Positions 46,535 to 63,865 of a stretch of 64,000 bases of DNA are shown here, piece after piece. The notes under the pieces were generated by a model. It was not told where the DNA came from. It worked only from the letters and a program-made list of their open reading frames with translations, and ran no database searches. The DNA is from the human T2T-CHM13v2.0 reference genome, Homo sapiens. Location: assembly GCF_009914755.1 (NCBI RefSeq), contig NC_060933.1. The stretch is one strand, 5' to 3'. Every line of letters begins with the position of its first letter. Within the stretch, counting starts at the first letter, position 1. Position numbers and translations under genes: made by a program.

Positions 46535-46620
46535 CACATGTCATCTCAGCATAATTATTAATAACGCCCCTTTCACTCTCAAAAGTGTTCCAGTTTGGAT
46601 GATAAATGGTGTGGCCCCTG
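46535..46620. mobile_element. MER81-like hAT-Blackjack fossil
   Basis: aattattaataacgcccctttcactctcaaaagtgttccagtttggatgataaat. Confidence 0.7.
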
Positions 46621-46899
46621 ACTGATAGAAACTCATACTGTTGGACAGTATCCAATTCTCCTCTACTTCTTCCTGTCGTTTGGAAGTTATGCATGGTCAT
46701 GTGACTGGTTTTAGCCAATGGAATGTGACAAGGAGTGGCCTTTGTGATGCCACCTTTAATTGCCAGTGCTCAGCTCTTCAGTCCTCTCTATATTATCAAA
46801 TCAAATCCAGCATGAACCAAAATAATGATATATCATAACCAAGTAGAGCGTATCCCAAGAATGCAAGGATATCTTAACATTAATAAATCTATTTAATGC

Positions 46900-47179
46900 A
46901 GGCAGGGCACAGTGGCTCATACCTGTAATCCCAGCACTTTGGAAGGCCAAGGCAGGCAAATCACTTAAGGTCAGGAGTTCGAGAGCAGCCTGACCAACAT
47001 GGTGAAACCCCATCTCCACTAAAAATACAAAAATCAGCTGAGCATGGTGACGCACAGCTGTAATCCCAGTTACTCAGGAGGCCGAGGTGGAGGTTGCAGT
47101 GAGCTGAGATCGTGCCGTTGCATACTCCAGCCTAGGTGACAGAGTGAGACTCTGTCTCAAAAAAAAAAAAAAAAAAAAA
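46900..47179 (+). mobile_element. AluS with internal right-arm deletion
   Basis: Alu lacking about 25 bp of the right arm. Confidence 0.9.
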
Positions 47180-47584
47180 GCATGTATCACCACATGTACA
47201 TTACACACACCCTAGGAATTCAAATATTGGCAGAGTTAGACACATAAAACAATGGAATGAAACAAAAATTCCTGGAGCAATTACATTAGAAACTTAGATC
47301 TCTATCTCACTTTGTGCAAGTGCACATTCCTCACGGAGTAAAGGCACAAACATGAAAAGTGCTTTAAAAGCATAAGAGCACGTTTTACAAAACTGGGGTA
47401 CAAAAGACCTTCTTAAGCAAGATTAAGCACAGAAATGATAGAAGTATGATAATTACACAGAAATTTAAAACTTCCATACAACAAAAGATTTCAAACAAAG
47501 TATAAAAATGAGAGAATCAGGTATATGCACTGTGTCTATACAGGGTTTATATTCAGAGTCTACGTTTACTTTAACTCTGATTAA

Positions 47585-47892
<308 letters not shown>

Positions 47893-47991
47893 GAATCAAT
47901 TTTTTATATTAGCCCCCCAAAAAAAAAAAGAAAACAGACAAAGGGTCTGGGCACATATGAATGGCCTACAAATGTATAAAACAATTTTCAC

Positions 47992-48285
47992 GCCTGGTAT
48001 AGTGGCTTACACCTGTAACCCCTGCACCTTGGGAGGCTGAGGGTAGGAGGATTACTTGAGGTCGGGAATTCAGGACCAGCCTGGGCAACACAGTGAGGCT
48101 CCATCTCTACAAAAAAAACTAGCTGGGCATGATGATGTGTGCCTGCAGTCCTAGCTACTTGGGAGGCTGAGGCAGGAGAATGGCCTGAGCCCAGGAGTTC
48201 AAAGCTGCAGTGAGCTGTGATGGTGCTGGTGCACTACAGCCTGGGTGACAGAGTGAGACCCTGTCTCAAAAATAAATTAATTTAA
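47992..48285 (+). mobile_element. AluJ-like
   Basis: Diverged full Alu. Confidence 0.9.
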
Positions 48286-48611
48286 AAAATGTGTTTTCAC
48301 GTTTATTAACGATCATGGGAATTGGTTAAAATACCTACGATGACATGTTATCTTTCTCAAACTGACGTTCTCTGTATGATAACGCACTGTAGAAAAGAGA
48401 ATAAATTGGTACGGCCTTTTTTGAAAGGCACTTTGGCAAGCATTTCCTACTCTTTTTAAGGTGCACACTGGGAGTAGAATGCATTATTGCATGCTATATA
48501 TATTTTTATATTCTATATATAATTCTCTATATAATATATATTATATACATAATTCTCTATATAATATAGAATATATTCTAAATTAGAATGCATTATTTAC
48601 CCCTACTTTGC

Positions 48612-49303
48612 TGTAAGAGGAGTTCCCACACCAGTCCACAGTCATGAGAGTTCCAGGACCTTCCCTTAAGGCAAGAGTCCCCCCTATATTGCAAGACCTA
48701 AAATTTCAAAGTGCCGCCATGACATCTTTTAGCCTCACAGGCCCCAAAGGCTTAATTGTGAGTTCCCCTGCTCTCACCAGAAGCGCCCCCCACCCAGTGG
48801 AAAAGGCTCCCCACCCAGTGGAAAAGGCTCCCCACCCAGCTAGTTCCAGAGCAGCTGAACCCCACCTGGTCCTCAACCTAACAGATTTCACTTTACTGCC
48901 AGCTTGCAGAATTATTTTCAAAAACCCAGCACATCCTCCAGCAGGAACCAGACACCAACCCCGCCTGTCACTACAAACCTCCTCCCACAGCCCTGTTGGT
49001 TCACTGTATTCCTGAGGGCAGTCTCTGTGTGGCCTGCATGGCACAGAGTGTGGTGTCCTTGGTGTGGCTGGCACAGCATGGAGATGGTGTCTCAGTGTGG
49101 CCTGCACAGCATGGAGTGTGGTGTCTTGGTGTGGCCTGCACAGCATAGAGTATGGTGTCCTCTGCTCCCAGGCTATGAGTATTTGTGACCAAGAAGCTGC
49201 TGCAGTTCTCATGTGGCCGATGTCTGCACTGTGTGTGTCTCACCCTTTTTAGGGTGGAGGATCTCTCCTTCACCAGCAGGGTGACCAGGAGGCCGTCGGA
49301 ACA
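48612..49303 (+). mobile_element. ERVL-class LTR (MER54-like) with internal tandem repeats
   Basis: tgtaag...tcggaaca termini; 21-bp repeat at 48788-48839; ~34-bp x4 repeat at 49027-49160. Confidence 0.6.
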
Positions 49304-49438
49304 CTGCCAGGCCCATGGACATTAGGCTGGGCCATGCGACACCCATCACGTCCAAGCAGCAGCATTAAGGGGTAGATTCGTTCCCAGGGGAGACCCAAAT
49401 GCCCTCCTTTTTCCTGGTTCACTGTAGGGAAGAGGGAG

Positions 49439-49741
49439 TTTTTTGTTTTTTGTTTTTTGTTTCAGAGTCTTGCTCTGACACCCAGGCTGAAGTACAGTGG
49501 TGCAATCTCAGCTCACTGCAACCTCCGCCTCCCAGGTTCAAGCAATTCTCTGCCTCAGCCTCCTGAGTAGCTGGGATTGTAGGCCCCACTAATTTTTTTT
49601 TTTTTTTTTTTTTTTGTATTTTTAGTAGAGAAGGGGTTTCACCATCTTGGCTAGGCTGGTCTTGAACTCCTGACCTCGTGATCCACCCGCCTTGGCCTCC
49701 CAAAGTGCTGGGATTACAGGCGTGAGCCACTGCGCCTGGCC
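49439..49741 (-). mobile_element. AluS-type
   Basis: TSD aagagggag; expanded mid poly-T. Confidence 0.95.
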
Positions 49742-50977
49742 AAGAGGGAGATCTTTCTGATACACCTTCACGTAGAGTATTTCTTCCTAGCAGTTACGTC
49801 TATTTAAACTCATCATTTTACAATGTATTGGCTGATCTGCGCTCCGTCCCCCACCATGACAGAGGCTCCCTTTTGCCTCGTCCTTCTTAGTCTCCTCAGC
49901 TCCTAGGACCATGCGTGGGGTGTCCCAACTCTCCAAAAATATTTTCTGAGTAAATGAAATGAAGGTTTTATGCCCTTTGGGAAAATGAAATCAAATTCTT
50001 GCTCAGAAAAAAAGGACCACTAAGGAGAAAATGTGGGCTGTTCTGAGAATTTCAATTTTATCTAAGGGTTAGTCAACAATGGGTAATGAAGCCACTCTTT
50101 GTATTAGGAGACTATAAAGTTATAATTGTTGTGGAGATGGGTGGGGATGGAGGGAGGCTGGAATCTTGTGAAGCCACATGTCGCCTGTGTTAACCAGATC
50201 TCAAGGAACAGGAGCAGATGGAATTCTATATGGGCATGATGGCATCTGCCACTTTTCCAAGAAAAGGTCAGGGCTGCATGCCCCTTCTGCCCACAGAGTA
50301 TCCTCCAGCATAAGGGATATGAATCAAGAGGCCTAGAGTTCCCCCAGTATTTAAATTCCCCAAAATGGCATGCGCATTGTTCTGGGGAGTGTCTCTATAG
50401 CTTTCATCAGAATCTCAAAAGGGCCTAAGACCAAAAGAAGGCTAAGAAGCATGGGTCTAACTGCTTATTGCAGAGGTAGAATAATTCAGTAAAGGAGGCC
50501 AGCCCTCTATGTGATTGGATTTTTCTTTCTATATTTTCCCTGGAGCTAATTCATAGATGGCTCCAACTCTCATTAGGACGTTTGTCCTCTGTAGTCAAGA
50601 GGGTGGGGAATAGTACAGGGGCATACAAAATGCCAACTTCCTCCCTTGTCCTAAGAGTCCACCACCCTGCCTCACTCACAGCTAACGAACCCCCTTATAC
50701 TCCAGCCAAGGAAAGCACCCCCTCTTCCTCCAACGTGACACACACATCCTGTCAAGACCCCTCCCTCCCCAGCTCTGGGTCCTCTCACTTAGAGGAAGAC
50801 TTCCCACCCTCATCATTACCCCATTACCTCCCTCTCCTGGGGACCCCTGTCGCTCTTTGGCATACTAACCTATTCTAGCAACTCCCATCACTTAGAAACA
50901 ACTGTCCTGACCCCACACCCACATCATTTCATGATAAAACTTATTTAGCATCTGTCTACTCTTACATCTTCACTACC

Positions 50978-51846
<869 letters not shown>

Positions 51847-52191
51847 CTTCTCTAACAAACTCTTCAATTAGGCTTCCAGCTCAACCACTCCACTGAAACC
51901 ACTCCTCTCCTCGGCCTGCCTGTGGCAAATCTAGTGAATGCCTCAGCCTCCTTATCCCACTGAACCGAGAGGACCTTCCCCATGCTTTGAAACCTTCTGG
52001 TCATAATTGACTCCTCTCTCTTCTCCCCTCCCGGCTTTCCTGCCTCCCTGGACAGCCAAATTCTCCACTCTGCTGCTAGGCATCGCTCCACCAGAGCCCT
52101 ATTGGTCGGCAGGTGGAATGAGGAGCCTGTTTGATGACAGCATTTAAGCCCCCCTTCCCTCTTCCCCTCTGCCCCACATCTGGACAAGCTA

Positions 52192-53081
52192 CTGTGGGGA
52201 CCCACTAGGAACCCCAGAGTTGGAATGAAGACTATTTTATGCTGAAGACATTTGAGATTCAACAGATGCAGAAAGAAGCTGGAGCACCCCTTAACTGACT
52301 AATATTAAGCGGAAACTTTTTAAAACCAAGGCTGCCGTAAATTCCCCTTAGGGCAGTTTCTACTCACAGGAAGAAGATGGGGAGTAGCCCTATCATAAAT
52401 CCCCTCTTCGGGGAAGTTTCATGGACCTGAGGTAGATGGGAAAGACCACTCACACCTGCATAAACAAACATTATTAGAAACTTTCTTTTTTCCTCTTTGT
52501 TCTCCTAAAAACCCTTTTGTCTTTCCTAAAGAAACCTACTTGCTCTTCCCAATTCCCATAGAAACCTTTCTCTCCACTCCTTTTTCCCTTCTAAGTTAGG
52601 TTTATAAGCCACTAACTTTAATTTAGCAAGCTAGCTACTTCTTTTGTTTGCTAACATATGCATACAAATAAACCTTTTTTTTCCTGTTAGTCTTTCTTTT
52701 GTCAGCTTAATTCACAGGCCTCAGGGACTGCACTTAAGAGGATAGAGGAAGTCTCCCCTCCACACACACACTGACAAGAAATTCTCAGTGTTCCCTCCTT
52801 TGGTCCCAGCAGGAGAGTCAATCACACAAGCCCTTGCCTGTGTATGGAAACCCTAACTCAATTCACCCTGACCACAGTAAAACCCCAAGCCAGGACCCTT
52901 TCCTGGCTCTCTCGAGTCATTTTGGACCTGCTTGGGAGGCCTGCCCCACTCACCCAGAGTTGGCCATCATCTGAGTAATAAGCCTTTTCTTTCATACCCT
53001 CTTCTATGTGTGGCACCACCAGCCTCAACATCAGGACTCAGCATTCACGGGGTTCCCTTCACTTTTGCAGGGGCCATAACA
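52192..53081 (+). mobile_element. Two adjacent ERV1 MER4-group LTR fragments (52192-52770 and 52772-53081)
   Basis: tg...ca termini with aataaa-like signals; inserted in an L2. Confidence 0.55.
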
Positions 53082-53170
53082 GCCCATTGAAATCTCCTCT
53101 AGTTGTACTCCCTCCTTTGCTAATTTCATCCAGTCCTGTGACTTTACAACTTTTCTTGCAGAAGAAAATT

Positions 53171-53578
<408 letters not shown>

Positions 53579-53589
53579 TACACTATGGA

Positions 53590-54615
53590 CTTTAAATAAC
53601 ACCTACCTGCTCCCAAATTCAAAATCAACCCAGAATCCTCCCCCAACCTCCAAACCCAAGTTTCTATTCCTTACTCACTATTTCAATACCTGAGTCATCT
53701 CAAAGTTTAAACTAAAACAATTCTTCACTTGCCCTCTGCTTCAATCCCAGTAAATGGCACATTTACCAAATTTCAAACCAAAACCCAAGAATTCATCGTT
53801 TCTTCCTTCTCTTCATGCACCACATCCAGTTCTTGAGCAAGACCTTCAAGATACCTTCATGTACCCTCTATGCCTGTCCCGTTTTCCATTCAGCAGCCAC
53901 TGCGCTGGTCCAGGACAACCTCACCTCCTGCTTGACGGCCACAGAGCTTCTGCTCCACTCCTGTTCCTCTGTAGGGTGCAGCCCTGGAGGTGGAGGAAAT
54001 GTAAGCAAGATATAGATTAGGTCCATAGCGTATAGCAGATCTAATCTAGTATGACAATCTATACATAACATATAAGAATCTATGTCCCATGAGAATATCT
54101 ACCTGTACCGTGATGAACCAGATGTAATCCTAGATTAGCCTGCTCCCTGCACGCTGCCCCTGCCCCTGAATGGAATCCCAGGAGGCTGCTTGCCTCCTCA
54201 CCTGGTCTCTGCCTGAGCTCAGCCGGCTTGTGGTCCCGCCTGTCCCCTCGGCACCTTTAGCCCATCCTACCTTGAGGCCTCAGTGCAGGAGACTTCCTCC
54301 TCCTCACAGCCTTAAAACTCAGCGTACCCTGCCTGGCCTCAAACACGCCCCCCTCACCCTCCCGTCTCAAGCCTCAAGCCCTGCGTCTGAATCACCTTGT
54401 TTCCTGAGCCCTGGTGAGCTTCGTTCTTCCCCAGGTGTCCCCTGTCGCTGGACCACTTTCCCGAGGTGCCACACAGAACCTTGCAGAGCTGCTATATACA
54501 CTTGCTTGTCAGGAGAGGAAATGCTCGTGTTCCAATTCCTAGCACAGAGCTAGGAATTGGCACCAAATAATTATTTCTTGAAGTCATGGATAACTAAATG
54601 AATGAATAAATTAGT
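53590..54615 (-). mobile_element. L2 fragments (continuing from ~51850-52190 and 53085-53146)
   Basis: C-rich L2 motifs; end aaatgaatgaataaa at about 54600. Confidence 0.6.
54021..54128 (-). repeat. Right arm of 108-bp inverted repeat
   Basis: Flanked by direct repeat tagattag at 54013-54020 and 54131-54138. Confidence 0.9.
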
Positions 54616-54687
54616 TAATCTCATATCCTAGAATGGGTTTCTGTAAGCCACCAGTTCTGGATATGTGAATTTAAAAAAGACAATAGT

Positions 54688-55213
<526 letters not shown>

Positions 55214-55990
55214 TTAATATTAATAATTTGTGCACGTTGTTTAAGGCAAACATGACCCTGAAGTTCAGTGAAGGCAGTAAACATAAGCAAACTATTTAAA
55301 AATAAAAGTAATTAAAGGGAAACTATATTCGACCATACTATAAATCAAAATGCAAGTTAAAACAATAATAATCTGCATTTTGCATGTGGAATTTGAAAAA
55401 GGTTACATATGTGAATATCCATATTCAATGGCTAGACTGCGATGTAACTGCTAAAGGGAAGATAATTTGGTATAATTTTGTGATTAAAAGAAAATGCCTT
55501 AAAATGATGTCATGATCATTAACCCACTAATCCTACTTCTCTGAATTGATCTTTAAATAATCTGAAAAGACAGAAGAGATTAATGCACAAAATTTTATCT
55601 TTATTACTAAAACAATTTAAGAATTTTCCTTAGAAACAATTTAAGATATTATTAGAATAATAGTTGAGTCAAATTAGCTCATTTATACGATAGACTGTAA
55701 TATAACCATTAAAACATTTATAAAACCTGTAAAATAGCATGAGAAAAATCCTATGATATAAAGGAAAAAAGAAAAAATATGAGCTTATATACACACATAC
55801 ACACACACATATACGCACACGCACAGTTGCACATTAAAATTTTTTAAAAATGTGTAAACAATGAGAAAGAAACGCTGAGTGCCTTATCTAAGTATTTATA
55901 ATTCCTGGTAACCTTGCAGGTTACAAATAAAGTAAATTATAATGTCATAAACACCTGTGCATTGGCCACATTCAAAAGCAATCCATTCAT

Positions 55991-56327
<337 letters not shown>

Positions 56328-56466
56328 TCATATCTGAATCCTTCTGTTTATTCCCAAGTCACCCCCACTCACTCAGCTCTAGTCTCTGCCTGATTTCGGC
56401 TGTGGGCATCCAATGACACAATGTAATTATAAAGTATGCCAATTATTAAGTTAAAATTGGAAATGA

Positions 56467-56595
56467 GGCTAGGCACGGTGGCATGCACCTGTCAACTCAG
56501 CTACTTGGGAGGCTGAAGCAGGAGGGCTGCTTGAGGCCAGGAGTTTGAGTCTAGCCTGAGCAACATAATGAGACTCCCATCTCTCAACAAAAATT
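56467..56595 (+). mobile_element. Alu monomer (FLAM/FAM)
   Basis: Single arm. Confidence 0.8.
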
Positions 56596-57337
56596 TTAAA
56601 AACATAAACCTGGAAATCATAAACGTAATACATTGTTTCTCACATTGAAACGCTGCTCAAATTAGAGTAAAGCTATTGGGAAAGGATTGAGTCCCCTCTA
56701 TCCCAAAAAGGATCATTTAACAATTAAAGAGAAGAGAACAAAGACAAATGAAAATGATGTGAGTCTCAATAGAAGAACTTTATTAAAAGCAGAACTTTGT
56801 ATTCTTTTAACTAAGCCTTTGATGGCTAGGCAGTCAAATTTGAAAGTAAAGTGAAAAAATGCCCTCAGCCAAGTTTGCAGGGAATGCTTTGTGATTCTAG
56901 CAAGGTGGGTCTCTAGTGAGGCTGGACCAGAAATAATACAGTGAGAAGCAACCAAGAGCCCACTTGGGGTCAGCGATGGGTTTCCGGAATGGCATGTTGG
57001 GGAACCTGGGCTTTGTTCTCCATTCAAGGAAGTGTCAAAGGCCATTTAACCAAGAGCACAGTGCCCTCAGATCTGTGGTTTAGGAGGGAAGCCTGGGGTT
57101 GCGGGGAGCAGGGACAAGAGGAAGTGCCTGCAGGTATGAAAGCCACAGAGAGGTGTGTCTTTTAAGTTTCTTTGGTCTCCCTGACCTGAGGACCAGAGGA
57201 TTCCTAAGCGACTCTCTGAATTAGATTTCTGCCAATGCCCCTGGAAAAAGCTCATTTTAGTTCATTCCGCTGAGCACTGTGCCCCCAGTGGTAACTGTGG
57301 ATCATCAATGGCCACAACGACTGCCCACAGAAGCCGG

Positions 57338-57407
57338 GTTGCCAAGGAAACAGCCTAGTACTTGCTCCTTAATTCCTGGCTTCAGTGTAACTGTTGAGCT
57401 GACGTCA
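57338..57407. promoter_or_regulatory. Candidate enhancer/promoter: RFX X-box plus full CRE
   Basis: GTTGCCAAGGAAAC at 57338-57351 and TGACGTCA at 57400-57407 in non-repeat DNA. Confidence 0.5.
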
Positions 57408-57952
57408 TACTGAATCGTGAAGGGTAGCAATGAATGGGGTGGCCTACCTCAAACAGCAAGGCGAGTCATGGCCCAGAAACAAAGGTCAGGAGGGAGCCTG
57501 GGAGCCAGAACCCCCCGCATCCCTGCTCCGCTGCTGTGTGATTGCTGCTGCTGTTCTTCCTGGAGGATGAACTGACACATTTGGTTGGAAAAGGCTTCCA
57601 GAAGAGATCCTACCTTCCTTCGAGTGTGGCCGAGAGATCAATCAATCCCAAGAGTATCCAGTATGGATATGATTTGAAAGAAACTCACTTGTCATTTCAT
57701 GTGAACACAGCAATTACGATAGTAGATGTACATGGAGACAAACACACACACAGACACACACACACACATACTCAGAGAGAGAGCCAGCAGCCCAGGCAGT
57801 ATATGCCGTATACACCAAAGCATGGTCAATGATCAGTAGCTATCTATAGATTAAAGCTGATTTTACTTTCTTGCTTGTCTACTATTTCTCTACATTTTTT
57901 ACATGACCGTACATCACTTTTGCAATAAGAAAAATATAAAAAGTTTATTTTC

Positions 57953-58567
<615 letters not shown>

Positions 58568-59973
58568 CTATAAAAGGAGAGTGGTCTGGCCATGAGCTCA
58601 TGTCTTTCAGGTGCCTGCTCAGAGGATGAGTCAAGAGTCAGGAATTTCAGAGGGGACCACTATCAGCAGGGGAGCCCTGTAGCTCAAATGGCCTTAGGTG
58701 TTATGTCTCCCTAAGTTTCTGCCCTCCCTCCCTAACCCACCCCTAATGTCCCCATTTTATTTTTCTTTAAATTTATTATTATAATTATTACTTTTAGAGA
58801 CAGAGTCTTCCAGGTGGAATTTGCTCTTCCAGGTGGCTTTCTTCTGGAAAGCCCATAGGCTGAAATGGAAGGATTCTCAGGCTGGCCACCTGAGAGCAGC
58901 CACGCAGGGAGACTGTTCACAGCACGGAACAGAGAGCAGCCCATGGAAGGTCAGGCAGGGCTCCATCTGCAGAAGCAAGGAAGGGAAGGATGGGGAAAGG
59001 GCTGCCAGAAAGGGAAGGTAGAGAAGAGAAAAACCAAGAAGCAGAAAGGGCAACCAAGTTTATGAAGCTTTACCACAGGGCGGCCAGGTCTCAACTAGTA
59101 TTAGAGTTATTTCAATATTTTAAAAAAAAAGAAAACTGAGTATACAGTGAGTTGCAGAGAAATACAGCCCCTAGCAACACACATATATAAGAGATAGCAG
59201 GCCAAAACAGGGAAAGCACAGAGTCAAGGCAGAGAGCACGCCACTCCTGGCCAAGAACAAATTCAAACCCACCCTGCTGAGAAGCTGCTGGTCAACAACT
59301 CTTCCTGACCCAGCACATTTGTAGTTCTAGCTACTATTTAATTTCATCCTCAAGAGGTTCATAGTAGTGGAAAGAGTGGAAACCAGAAAATAGAGAAATT
59401 AAAATAAAGCACCAAGCCCTGTCCTTCTTTAAAGTGGCATTGAACGCATTTAACTCTGCTTATTCCTGGAATCCAGTGATGGCCACACTACAGGGATTTA
59501 AACAAAATGGCAATAAACTATGAACCCATAAAGATGAAGAAAACAAGAGCAACAACAACAACAACAAACTTTGAAGCTAGAAAGCAATTAGATGAGTGAA
59601 ACTGACTCATCAGGCTTATGAGGGCCAAATCCAAGATCAAAAGGAAAGCTGGAAATTAGGGAAATCACAAGCATCCCACTTGTGACACCCCATTTCCCAA
59701 AAGCTCCCAGATGAGGGAAGAGTGGGGAGTCACTTGAGGGGGGCTCATGTGAAAGGGGTTTAAGAAGCAGGCAGATCCTGAGATGCCCTCAGCCTTCACC
59801 TGCTGGAGCTTGCCACCTATCAGGGAGAAACTTGGATGTTCACTTGGTGGAGAGAGTTCTCAACAGAGAGCGACATCGAAGGTCTTGAGAAGTGCATCAG
59901 AACAGAAGGACTAAGTAACTGTCAGCACACAGCTTACTGAACTCAAAGATACCCAACCCACTTCAACCCCTAG

Positions 59974-60348
<375 letters not shown>

Positions 60349-60450
60349 AAAATTAGAAGAATTTCCAGTGAAGTATCTAACCTGCCTCAGGGAAAAAACC
60401 TAAAGATGCTGACCTCAGAGTTTCCCTAGCAGATAAAAGACCAACTTAGG

Positions 60451-60781
<331 letters not shown>

Positions 60782-62345
60782 TTATTTTACAGTGAAGCTC
60801 AAAATCATGAAGCCCATCTAAGTGCTCAGAGCTCCCAACACCTTTTTGTCCTCCTTTCTTAATCCAGGCAGCCAAAAATTACCAGACATCTGAGGAAAGC
60901 ATCTAACATGGAAGAAAGGGACCAAACCAGCAAACAAACGCACAAGCATCTGAAAACAACACAGAATAAACACAGATAATGCAAGAAGATTTTAAGAAAC
61001 AAAAACCAATCATTAATATCTTCAGAGAGATATGAGAAACAATAACAAGGTACTATGAAAAATAAATGTTTAGAGTGTTAGAGGGTTCTTAATTATAGTA
61101 GAAATTTTAAAACTCAGGATAAGGGTTAGATGAAAAAGTTGAGGAAATCACCCAAAAATTAAAATAAAAAGACAGATGGAAAACACGAGTGAAAAGAAAA
61201 AAAAAAAATCATAGGATGAGGCCTAGATCTGAACAGAAGTTTCTGAAAGAGCGAGAGAGAAAAAAAAAGGAAATCTACAGGGAAATAATTTGAGAAAATG
61301 TCTCTCACTAAAAGACACAAATTTCCAGATTGAAAGAGTACCTGGCACAATGGATGAAGACAGTTCCACATCCAGGCACTACAGTGTGAAATTTCATAGC
61401 CCAGGGATAAAGATTTTACAAGCTTTCAGGTAGAAAAGACAGTCACTCACACAGGATATGAATTAGAATGGTGCCACATTCAACAGCTAGAAGACAGTGT
61501 AGCCAGCTTTCAAAATGCTATGAGAATGGCATCCAGGATTTCTATATCCAGCCAAACTATCAATCAAAAAGGGTAGAATAATGACATTTTCAGACATGCA
61601 ATGTGACATGCACCCTTCCTCCAGAACCTACTGAAGAATATACTCAACTTCAGTGAGAGTGTAAACCAGGAAACAAGAGATGCAGCAATGGATAGCAGAA
61701 AAGGGGATCCCTAAGATGATGGGAGGGGATGTCTCAGGGCAGGGACAGAGCCCCAACATAGAGGGAAGCCAGTCCAACCAGATTGATTGAACCAGCATGA
61801 CCAAGAGAAGGAGAGGTATCATCACCAGAATCCCTGTTGCTATTTTGTTATCCTTTTAACCTGAGAATTCAATCATGTTAGCTTGCCTCAGATTCTTTTC
61901 TATATATATGTGATTTGTTTTGATCATGAGACTTCTGACAGCCCTTCCATGTCTGTCTGAGTACTTTCATTTCATCCCACAACATGATTTACTTTGATGT
62001 TTGCCTAAAAGGTAGGTATAAGCCACACTAAGCTTAGAAAAACAAAATTCAGAGCAGCCCACTTTCTCTGACCATATTCCTGCCAGATATGCAAGTCCTA
62101 GCCCTATCACAGCTGCCCCAAATGGAGTAAGTCCCCTGTTTCCCAGGGCTGTCTCACGACCTCGCCCCAAACTAGGGCCAGATTACATCCCAGAAATTCT
62201 CTACAGCTTCTTTTCCGCTGAAAATCTTTATCTAACGATGACAATATTGACCTTCTCTTAGATGGCTAGTTTTGTGCTTGCTACTCAGATTTCAAAGCTA
62301 AGCAATATATTTTTTTTCCCACTGCATAAATAAATGGTAGAATAA

Positions 62346-62712
<367 letters not shown>

Positions 62713-62779
62713 TTTTCAAATTTTTATAATAAAAGTATTAAAGAGGCCAGGTGAGGTGGCTCACGTCTGTAATCACAGC

Positions 62780-63300
62780 AGGAGACGGGATAAGGGTAAT
62801 CACCCCAGCACCTGGACTCATTTAGATTAAATAAATTTACTGAGGCTCCAGAGGAAGGGCTTCAGGACTCAGACCTTAGTTATAGATTAAAAGAAGTTAA
62901 TCACTAATGTCTTCAGATGAATTCACACTTACACATAGACATATAGCTTAGCCGGGCGTGGTGGCTCATGCCTGTAATCCCAGATTTCAGGGAGGCAGAG
63001 GTGGGAGGATAGCTTGAGCCCAGGAGTTTGAGGCTTGCCTGGGCAATATAATGATACCCTGTTCTCCACAAAAAGGAAAAAAAAAGCAGACAAAACAAAC
63101 AAACAAAAAAGACATATAGCTTTGAAGGTGTATAAGCTCTGGAAAACTTTGTAATTTTGAGTTGTTCTGGCAATAGTTTCCAGGCCTTCTCCCTGTAACT
63201 GGTTGCAGAAAATAAAAACTCTCTTCCTCCCCAGTTCGTCTGCATCTCACTACTGGGCCACAAGAAATAGCAGCCTAACCCTCAGTTTGGTCAGGGGACA
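62780..63300 (+). mobile_element. 5'-deleted ERV-type LTR between two parts of an Alu (62745-62779 and 63301-63358)
   Basis: TATA-like tataa, aataaa, end ctcagtttggtcaggggaca; Alu sequence on both sides. Confidence 0.75.
62950..63109 (+). pseudogene. BC200 RNA (BCYRN1) processed retrocopy
   Basis: BC200-diagnostic cagggagg, ggatagcttgagccc, tgcctgggcaatata, gttctcca(c)aaaaaggaaaaaaaaa; 13-bp TSD agacatatagctt at 62937-62949 and 63110-63122; no unique 3' C-rich domain. Confidence 0.88.
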
Positions 63301-63403
63301 ACTGCACTCCAGTGTGGGTGACAGAGCAAGACTCTGTCTCAAAATAAACAAAAGAAAGCAGAAGAGGACTTGGGTAAGTGTTTGAAAAACAGAGGAGGTA
63401 TGT

Positions 63404-63421
63404 GTGCACCAGGGGGCAGGA
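63404..63421 (+). promoter_or_regulatory. CTCF-like motif
   Basis: gtgcaccagggggcagga versus core CCACCAGGGGGCGC. Confidence 0.45.
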
Positions 63422-63546
63422 ATCTTGAAGGTCATCTCAGAATTCTACCTGCCCCAGAGATATTTAGGGTAAACAGGTGGGTAAAAATTGGAGCTCACTG
63501 GAGGATCAGGCACCAAAGAATTTGACTATAAGAAATCCTTTATCTG

Positions 63547-63865
63547 GCCAGGTGTGGTGGCTCATGCCTGTAATCCCAACACTTAGGGAGGGCAAGGCAA
63601 GTGGATCACTTAAGGTCAGGAGTTTGACACCAGCCTGGCCAACATGGCAAAACCCCATCTCTACTAAAAATACAAAAATTAGTCGGGCATGGTGGTGTGC
63701 ACCTGTAGTCCCCGCTACTTGGGAGGCTGAGGCAGGAGAATCACCTAAACCCAGGAGGCAGAGTTGCAGTAAGCTGAGATCACGCCACTACACTCCAGCC
63801 TGGACGACAGGCTTTTTTTGAGACTCTGTCTCAAAAAAAAAAAAAAAAAAAAAAGAAAAGAAAAA
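63547..63865 (+). mobile_element. AluS-type
   Basis: TSD aagaaatcctttatctgg. Confidence 0.95.

Noticed and set aside
49027-49160. ~34-bp repeat array that superficially resembles CRISPR
   Set aside because: No unique spacers, eukaryotic context, and it lies inside an LTR.
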